Below, in pieces: positions 58,214-64,000 of a stretch of DNA of 64,000 nt. Origin of the DNA: a virus. The stretch covers positions 35,055-99,054 of the IMG/VR virus record IMGVR_UViG_3300017991_000075. One strand, given 5' to 3'. Every line of letters starts with the position of its first letter. Positions within the stretch are counted from its first letter, which is position 1. The translations under genes and the position numbers were made by a program. The notes below the pieces were generated by a model. That model saw nothing but the letters and a program-made list of their open reading frames with translations, made no database searches and was not told the origin of the DNA.

Positions 58214-58505
58214 TACTTTCTTCCTTTTCTATTTCAGCGATAGCACGACCGAGATCCTTGATGTGCGCTTCGATCTGATCCTTGAGTATAATCAGCGTAC
58301 CCCGAACACCGCGCAGGGCACAACCGGGTTTTGAAGACTCCGCAGTAAGGCGGACACCCCGATATCCGAATTTACTTTCTCGACTTAGATCCCAGCTCGA
58401 AGATACCCCAAAAGAACTATCATTTTGCAAGATATCATCTTTCACCAGCATCTTGACTTCAAGACTCGTCGGTAACGCAAGTATCACATCAGCAGTATGC
58501 GCCAT
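58200..58505 (-). CDS. hypothetical protein
   Basis: 101 aa, GGAAGG upstream. Confidence 0.65.
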   Translation of the reverse strand: MAHTADVILALPTSLEVKMLVKDDILQNDSSFGVSSSWDLSRESKFGYRGVRLTAESSKPGCALRGVRGTLIILKDQIEAHIKDLGRAIAEIEKEESNDRT

Positions 58506-58552
58506 TATTTCCTTCCAAAGTAATCATCGAAAAACCGACCTTCTCAAAGGCA

Positions 58553-58711
58553 TCAGTCGTTCTCCACGTCATAACTGTCAGGATCATCGATACCGAGGTC
58601 AGAAAGCTCCTCCCTTATGAGAGCGGCCTTGCTTGCAGCTTCAGCTTCATCAGCTTCAGCATCCTCAAGCTCATCAATCAGTTTCTTGATCCGATCTTTT
58701 TTCTTAGCCAT
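58553..58711 (-). CDS. small acidic protein
   Basis: MAKKKDRIKKLIDELE...; GAGG RBS. Confidence 0.65.
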   Translation of the reverse strand: MAKKKDRIKKLIDELEDAEADEAEAASKAALIREELSDLGIDDPDSYDVEND

Positions 58712-58715
58712 GTCG

Positions 58716-59555
58716 TTATTCCTCGTCGGCGGGTTCATCTGTATCAACGATGGCACCGGCTTTCCTGAGAGCTTCGAAATGCTCGATACGCTGCTGGTGT
58801 TCTTCCTCTTCTATCTTGAGGATCTCTTGAATGGAGTTCTCACCGATCACCACATCCTTGAACTCCATGATAGCGTAGGCGTAATCTTCGATACCACGCT
58901 CCTTCACCCAGCTCTCAGCAAACTCCTTTGATGAGAACATGATAGCCTGGCTGTGGTACACACGATTGCCGTCATCATCACGGATCTGTCTGAAGAGAGG
59001 TACTGTGCTGTTGGGCATGAACTCCTGCACCCACAACAACGTAGCAGGCGTCTTCCAATCACGATCCTCCTGAGAGATATCCTCGTACGGGACCGCCCAC
59101 ATGACATCACCAGCATCCTCGTCGAACGGATCTTCGTCATCCTTCAACGCCCACACATGTCCACCAGCAGGGTGTACCCGCTCAGGCTCAGCATAGAACA
59201 CCTTCGCTCCTGCCACCTCAGCGTACTCGGCAGCCTCACGAGCTGATTGGAAATCCTTGAATGCCTCTTCCCCCATAGAAGCCTTGATGTTCTTCACCAC
59301 AGGAGGTCCGAATGCTGGTGTGTGATATGACGGTATCGCTATGAGGCGTTGTTGCCCTGTTTCACGATCCATCTCCAGTATCACGAATGCGCTCTCATCA
59401 GCCTCTTTCTGTAGAGCGTTCTTATTGAAGGTTTTCAGCTCCTGTAGTTGATCTTCTGATAGCGTTCGTATTTCCTTCTCAGCTCCCACATCTCCTACCA
59501 CGATATCAGCGTTAGGATCTCCTCTCACAGGCTCTGGTATCGGCATTTCTGTCAT
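58716..59555 (-). CDS. acidic hypothetical protein with two repeated domains
   Basis: ATG 59555 with GAGGAG; FQSAREA and FSSKEFA motifs. Confidence 0.7.
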   Translation of the reverse strand: MTEMPIPEPVRGDPNADIVVGDVGAEKEIRTLSEDQLQELKTFNKNALQKEADESAFVILEMDRETGQQRLIAIPSYHTPAFGPPVVKNIKASMGEEAFKDFQSAREAAEYAEVAGAKVFYAEPERVHPAGGHVWALKDDEDPFDEDAGDVMWAVPYEDISQEDRDWKTPATLLWVQEFMPNSTVPLFRQIRDDDGNRVYHSQAIMFSSKEFAESWVKERGIEDYAYAIMEFKDVVIGENSIQEILKIEEEEHQQRIEHFEALRKAGAIVDTDEPADEE

Positions 59556-59689
59556 AACGGTCTCCTCGTGACACATCACCAGAATGGTGATGCTTTGTAA
59601 GTTATTGTATTCAAACAAGTTACGTTTATTTCAGCTCCTATTGAATGTGCCTTTCAAAGGCACACGCCTCTCTCATGAAGCTCACCACA

Positions 59690-60229
59690 TCAGAACTTGA
59701 TGATTTCTGACATCCCCTCTTCGAATTCCTTCTCACGCATCTGCATGATATGACCGCCTGCTATGACACGGGTGACAGCCTGAGCGTTCATCATCACAGC
59801 GATGTTGTAGAAAAAGTGGTTGTTGCATGTCTCCTCATCGTCATCAGACTCATCAGCGATGATGGCCTTTTTGAGAAGCTGCATGATGGCCTTCACGTAC
59901 ATGTTCTGAAGACCATGCTCAAAGAAAGCTGCTTCGAACAAACGGCAAGCGTCGATGCTGAGAGAAAATGGAACCGAGACCCATTGATTGAATTTCGGGT
60001 CCCATCTCCACACCTTCTTCTTTGAGATCCAGTTCTTCTGAGAACTAGGTGCCAGATGAGGGCGATCCTCAACATATGAAGCCAGCATGAACTCAGCATT
60101 ATTGATGAGTTCAAAAACCTTGTGATGATCATCTGGCATTCCAAGTGCTGTCAGCTCCTTATCTTCGAGCTGCTGATTGATCTCTTCCTGTTTGTCCTCA
60201 TCGTTAGGAAGACGTTCCAGTTCGGCCAT
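59690..60229 (-). CDS. hypothetical protein
   Basis: 179-aa ORF. Confidence 0.7.
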   Translation of the reverse strand: MAELERLPNDEDKQEEINQQLEDKELTALGMPDDHHKVFELINNAEFMLASYVEDRPHLAPSSQKNWISKKKVWRWDPKFNQWVSVPFSLSIDACRLFEAAFFEHGLQNMYVKAIMQLLKKAIIADESDDDEETCNNHFFYNIAVMMNAQAVTRVIAGGHIMQMREKEFEEGMSEIIKF

Positions 60230-60327
60230 TATGTTCTATCCCTTTCTGCCTTGTATCTTGTTTCAAGATTTTTGATCAGCTCAGCCTGCTTGTCGATGGT
60301 TCTCTGAAGTTTATCAGCGTCCGTCAT
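60229..60327 (-). CDS. 32-aa peptide (absent from the ORF track)
   Basis: MTDADKLQRTIDKQAELIKNLETRYKAERDRT; fills the gap, TAATG coupling. Confidence 0.55.
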   Translation of the reverse strand: MTDADKLQRTIDKQAELIKNLETRYKAERDRT

Positions 60328-60610
60328 GCCTGATGTTCTCCCATCGCCTGTTAGGCTCTGACCAGACTGCTACCAGGCTATCTTCACAAACGGTAGTATG
60401 GCGTTTATCGCCGCTGGTCTCGACGTAGTAAAAGACCTCTCTGCTGATCTGATCCTTGCCGTGTTCCTGCAGGAAAACCTGAACGCCTCTGACACGGCCC
60501 GTGTATTTCTTGCGCCGACCACCGGCAACGTAGAATCGTACACGCTCATTGATCTCTGCATGGATCTTGATGTGCCTAAACAAACATGTCCTCCACGTAC
60601 TCATACCCAA
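60314..60610 (-). CDS. hypothetical SH3-like protein
   Basis: ERVRFY..TGRVRGV..YYVE pattern. Confidence 0.55.
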   Translation of the reverse strand: MGMSTWRTCLFRHIKIHAEINERVRFYVAGGRRKKYTGRVRGVQVFLQEHGKDQISREVFYYVETSGDKRHTTVCEDSLVAVWSEPNRRWENIRHDGR

Positions 60611-60782
60611 GGAACTCAGCGAGCTTTACTGCATCGGCAATACCGGCAACGCCCTCGCCGTTCAGCCAGCGGGCGAGTTTGCCTCTGCAGACGCCGGATT
60701 GCTCTGCGAGTTCCCGGATGCTGAGACCGCTCTCATCGATGACCTTTTTCTTGAGTTTCTTGAATCGCTGTTTCTTTGTCAC
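60576..60782 (-). CDS. XRE-family helix-turn-helix regulator
   Basis: SGLSIRELAEQSGVCRGKLARWLNGE..AVKLAEFLG; AAGGAG before GTG 60782. Confidence 0.85.
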   Translation of the reverse strand: MTKKQRFKKLKKKVIDESGLSIRELAEQSGVCRGKLARWLNGEGVAGIADAVKLAEFLGYEYVEDMFV

Positions 60783-60787
60783 TGTGA

Positions 60788-61213
60788 CTAACTCCTTCTG
60801 AAGCGATTGCATAGATGCTGGTAGTACGCTTCCCAATCCGCAGGGAAGGGTTGTACCTGGCCCGGCCACAGTCGCGCCAGGGTACGCCAGCCATAAAGTG
60901 TGTGGGCGACCTCCCACGCATGTGATTGTGGGATCTCGCCAAGTCGTTTGATTGTGTAGTCTGTGAATGCTTTAGGATGCCAGGACGTAGCAAGCTGATT
61001 GATCAACCAGTCCCTCCACAGAGGATCTCGAAGCCAATGCCTGATGGGACTTTGGCTAAAGGTGTGGATGTCTTCGAGATCTTTACCCATCTCATGCTCG
61101 AAACACACCATGAACGCGAACCGACCAGGAGCGGTCTTGTCGCCGTTCATGAACCACCACAGGAGATGATCCTGTGTGGTGCAATTAGCTGCTTGTGCTG
61201 AATGCGCTTTCAC
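60788..61213 (-). CDS. Trp-rich hypothetical protein
   Basis: 141 aa, operon packing. Confidence 0.6.
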   Translation of the reverse strand: MKAHSAQAANCTTQDHLLWWFMNGDKTAPGRFAFMVCFEHEMGKDLEDIHTFSQSPIRHWLRDPLWRDWLINQLATSWHPKAFTDYTIKRLGEIPQSHAWEVAHTLYGWRTLARLWPGQVQPFPADWEAYYQHLCNRFRRS

Positions 61214-61868
61214 GGAATACGAACTCCGGTATCTGATAACATTCCTTCAAAAGTGTCTGAAATCGATTGACGAATTTCTGACTGGACTGCTTCGGCTCCA
61301 GGCACATTGGAAATCTGTAGAATCCGTCTTCGAGCATTTTGTTGATCTCTCCCCGGATCTCATCCTGTGACATCTTGATAGCAGACCAATGCTCGCCTTT
61401 GGAAGGAAGTGCGACATGAGCTTCGATCGCCATCATCACGAGATCTACTTTCTTGACAATGTTACGGGTCTCCGGAGTCATGAGAGATGGGAACAGCGGA
61501 TGGATGTAACTCTCGACTATCTTGATGAGAAATTTCTCTTGTTCCTTGAGTTCCGGAGCAAGTTCTTCAGCCACCTGTTTCCACGGGCGGATCTGGTCAC
61601 CCCAATACGCCTCATGGGCATCGTGCATGAAAACAGCCATTCGAGTAATCGGGTCCTTGACACCGAGGATATGATGTGCATAAAACTCGGCAGCGATTGA
61701 ATGCTCCGCTACACTGATACCGGGGTCGGCATGACCGCCGTATCTGTAGGTATAGGCCAAAGAGTGGGCTATATCGTAGATATCTATGTCCGCCACCGTT
61801 GGCAGAGCCAGGTTGACGCCCTTCCCCTTGAAGGTTTCCATCACATATTTTTTACTTAGATCGGCCAT
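61185..61868 (-). CDS. HD-domain nucleotide phosphohydrolase (YfbR/YfdR-like)
   Basis: DIAHSL..RYGGH..SVAEHS..HDAHEAYWGD...P.K. Confidence 0.9.
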   Translation of the reverse strand: MADLSKKYVMETFKGKGVNLALPTVADIDIYDIAHSLAYTYRYGGHADPGISVAEHSIAAEFYAHHILGVKDPITRMAVFMHDAHEAYWGDQIRPWKQVAEELAPELKEQEKFLIKIVESYIHPLFPSLMTPETRNIVKKVDLVMMAIEAHVALPSKGEHWSAIKMSQDEIRGEINKMLEDGFYRFPMCLEPKQSSQKFVNRFQTLLKECYQIPEFVFRESAFSTSS

Positions 61869-61902
61869 GACTGTTCTCCTATTCCTCGAAAATGTTTGGC
61901 CT

Positions 61903-61931
61903 AATATAGTGGCGGCACGAACTCGTGGCAA
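61903..61931 (-). promoter_or_regulatory. sigma70 promoter with operator
   Basis: TTGCCA-17-TATATT, directly after terminator CGGCCGTC..GACGGCCG-TTTTT (61935-61960). Confidence 0.75.
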
Positions 61932-62012
61932 TAGAAAAACGGCCGTCATCTCGACGGCCGCCTCCCTCACCAAGTTTTCTGAACTGCCAGAAAAGTATGA
62001 AACTGCACCAGA

Positions 62013-62420
62013 TTAGAAAGTCCGCTCAGACTTAGCAAGCACATCCTGCTGCTGAAGCTCGCCCAACACATACCGCTGCTCGCAAATCATCAGGCGTCTG
62101 CAGTCCGACAGCATGAATGTGTGGCGCTGGCAGTCGTGCTGCAGGAATAACACGATCATTTCAGGTTCTAGCTTCAGATCCACAGGCTCGCCTAAAGGCG
62201 TCAGCTCCGGAGGACCTACCGCAAGGATCTTCCCGATACCGAAATTGTCCATGTTGGTCATCTCGGCCGGGACGTACAGCTCGCTGGTTGTGATGTGGAC
62301 TCCGCGAAGCAGCAGCACCTTGCCTTTCGTAGGCTGGGCCTTCGCCATATCGAGGTTCTTGTTGTACGTGGGAAAAGCGACACCCGCAGGCATCTCCATG
62401 GTGGTTGGTCCAGATCGCAC
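62013..62420 (-). CDS. GroES-like co-chaperonin
   Basis: QPTKGKVLL, LYVP, GKILAVGP, IVLF and E..VLG motifs. Confidence 0.7.
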   Translation of the reverse strand: MRSGPTTMEMPAGVAFPTYNKNLDMAKAQPTKGKVLLLRGVHITTSELYVPAEMTNMDNFGIGKILAVGPPELTPLGEPVDLKLEPEMIVLFLQHDCQRHTFMLSDCRRLMICEQRYVLGELQQQDVLAKSERTF

Positions 62421-62515
62421 GGCGTTCTCCTTTCTTCCATCGACGATGCCACCATAACGAAACCACCGGCCCTTGTCTAGGCCGGTGGTTATGACGGGCT
62501 TATTTCAGTCTGGTA

Positions 62516-62791
62516 TTACGACCAGGCTACATTGAGCGCTCTTACGATCTCAATGCCATCACGAAGCGTTTCGACCTTATCAACGGCAAGGATGGTCGCT
62601 TCTGTGACTGGAACTCCGAGAGCAACAAGAGCTGCTGCCTGGGCTGCATAAGAACCTGGAGTATCATCCTCCATCCGCTGTTCGAGGAAGTCGAGCATGC
62701 AGAACAGCTCGCCACCGTAGTAGTGGATGTCTGGGTTGGTACTGCCAGAGATCGATGCAGGCACCGTAGTTGGATTGAAAGGTGCGGCCAC
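62516..62791 (-). CDS. hypothetical protein
   Basis: GTG start with AAGGAG; hairpin downstream at 62461-62490. Confidence 0.7.
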   Translation of the reverse strand: MAAPFNPTTVPASISGSTNPDIHYYGGELFCMLDFLEQRMEDDTPGSYAAQAAALVALGVPVTEATILAVDKVETLRDGIEIVRALNVAWS

Positions 62792-62867
62792 GATAGTCTC
62801 CTTCTGTAAAAAAGTTCGTTTGAAAAAGTTCTATATTTGCAGAAACGTCCTTCGTCCCTGCGAACGA

Positions 62868-63179
62868 TTAGGCTTTCGCGCCGGTCATGTCACTGGCCGG
62901 TTGAATCACCTCGTCGTTTTCTTCGTTGCCTTTGCCACTGGCTGGATTCGCGAACGCTTTCTGAGCGGCCGCCTTGGCCAGGGACTTCACTTTGTCCTCG
63001 GCCCAATCAGGGTGGTCTTTCTTGAGCTTGTCTTCGGTCTTCGTGATGAAGCTTTCCTTCGCGGCTCCCTCAAGCACCGTCTCATCCTGACGCTCGTGAG
63101 AAGCGTTGTCATCAACGATACCTTCGGGTCCGGCCTTCGAAGTGCCAGGATCGACTTTGCTCTGAGGAATATCTGCCAT
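62868..63179 (-). CDS. charged hypothetical protein
   Basis: AAGGAG RBS; late motif upstream. Confidence 0.7.
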   Translation of the reverse strand: MADIPQSKVDPGTSKAGPEGIVDDNASHERQDETVLEGAAKESFITKTEDKLKKDHPDWAEDKVKSLAKAAAQKAFANPASGKGNEENDEVIQPASDMTGAKA

Positions 63180-63238
63180 TATCTTCTCCTTGTAAATGGG
63201 CGTTTCTGCCTACACCATACCTACGGATAACGATTAGT

Positions 63239-63847
63239 CTAGTCCGTTATGGCCTTTGCGCTGAATATTGAAACGTTCTCAGGAGCAGGACTGCCTGTTC
63301 CGAATGACGTGTCATACGTTGAGAAATCAGGAACGATCGCCTCCACGGCGGCTACGCTCTCGGCAGCCTCGATCTGTGATTCAAGAGAAATCCCATAGTC
63401 AACAACGGAGTCCATCCAGGCCCACAAGATCTCCATATGCGCGATGCGATTGGGTTTATCGCCATCGGACTGAGCCTTGCTCAGCATGTGACCAAACGTA
63501 CGTTGTTTCTGTGGTGTAAAATGTTCTTCGATATACTCACACACAGCTTGTTCAACGATAACCGTTTGAGCCGCCTGGGACGCACTCAGGAGCGCCGCGT
63601 CAACGGCGTCCTTTTCAGCCTGCGACATTTCGACAACTTTATCGCCGTAGATGGGGTTACTCTCGCCGTCAACACCAATCTGGACGTTTTCGGCTACCTT
63701 TCGGTACTTTTGAGGAATGGCCACAAGATAGGCTTCATCCTCAAAATGCACGTCAAGGTGATACCGTTCCACAGGATACTGGTCGGTCGTAGCTTCATCA
63801 GCTACACCGCATACCTCTCCATTGAACTTTTGAAAAGCGTACTTCAT
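63239..63847 (-). CDS. putative tail-fibre assembly/accessory protein
   Basis: VVEMSQAEKDAVDA..QIEAAESVAAVEAI pattern typical of fibre-associated proteins. Confidence 0.55.
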   Translation of the reverse strand: MKYAFQKFNGEVCGVADEATTDQYPVERYHLDVHFEDEAYLVAIPQKYRKVAENVQIGVDGESNPIYGDKVVEMSQAEKDAVDAALLSASQAAQTVIVEQAVCEYIEEHFTPQKQRTFGHMLSKAQSDGDKPNRIAHMEILWAWMDSVVDYGISLESQIEAAESVAAVEAIVPDFSTYDTSFGTGSPAPENVSIFSAKAITD

Positions 63848-63859
63848 AGGAATACCACC

Positions 63860-64000
63860 TTATACAATTGTAGCCATATTAGTGTAAGTCTCAGTTACAT
63901 TGCCGTCCTGGTCTGCGGTGAATCTCGCACGCACCACAGAATCAGCAGACAGATATAACTCCGGATTACCAGAACCACCAGATTTCAAACGACGCCTAAC
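63860..64000 (-). CDS. 3' end of a CDS truncated by the window edge
   Basis: Open frame VRRRLKSGGSGNPELYLSADSVVRARF...ATIV-stop. Confidence 0.55.
   Translation of the reverse strand, partial: VRRRLKSGGSGNPELYLSADSVVRARFTADQDGNVTETYTNMATIV

Noticed and set aside
61185-61868. HD hydrolase as DatZ of a Z-base (2-aminoadenine) pathway
   Set aside because: No PurZ gene in the window; the motifs fit generic YfbR/YfdR-like enzymes.
1-64000. CRISPR array, diversity-generating retroelement, integrase/transposase, intein, alternative genetic code
   Set aside because: I saw no repeat-spacer array, reverse transcriptase, recombinase or intein motifs. Genes tile densely under the standard code with all three stop codons used.

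Overview
The whole window reads as part of a large tailed-phage genome, most likely a siphovirus: there is a 3166-aa tape measure protein and no sheath or baseplate-wedge genes. The host cannot be determined. Positions 1-5391 (+) carry the end of a DNA-metabolism block (5'-3' exonuclease, Mre11/Rad50-like pair, RuvC-like resolvase) and an atypical sigma factor. Positions 5388-46762 (-) are morphogenesis genes: terminase, portal, holin/lipoprotein cluster, minor head protein, scaffold, major capsid, connectors, tail tube, frameshifted tail chaperone, tape measure and tail-tip proteins. Positions 46883-64000 (-) are an accessory, probably early, region with thermonuclease, peptide deformylase, ThyX, HD hydrolase, GroES-like and HTH proteins, many hypotheticals and an aberrant tRNA-like gene. 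The most interesting signals are non-coding and may form one temporal control circuit. (1) A ~78-nt RNA (49579-49656, -), with its own promoter and terminator, is antisense to the AGGAGAAC ribosome-binding motif of about a dozen accessory genes. (2) An 11-nt motif, CGTAGGTATRG, occurs six times ahead of late genes and fits a phage sigma factor that appears to lack region 4 and ends in a Mor-like segment. (3) An 18-bp palindromic operator overlaps five sigma70 promoters. (4) Four promoters are embedded in terminator hairpins. All family assignments come from motif recognition by eye, not from database searches.
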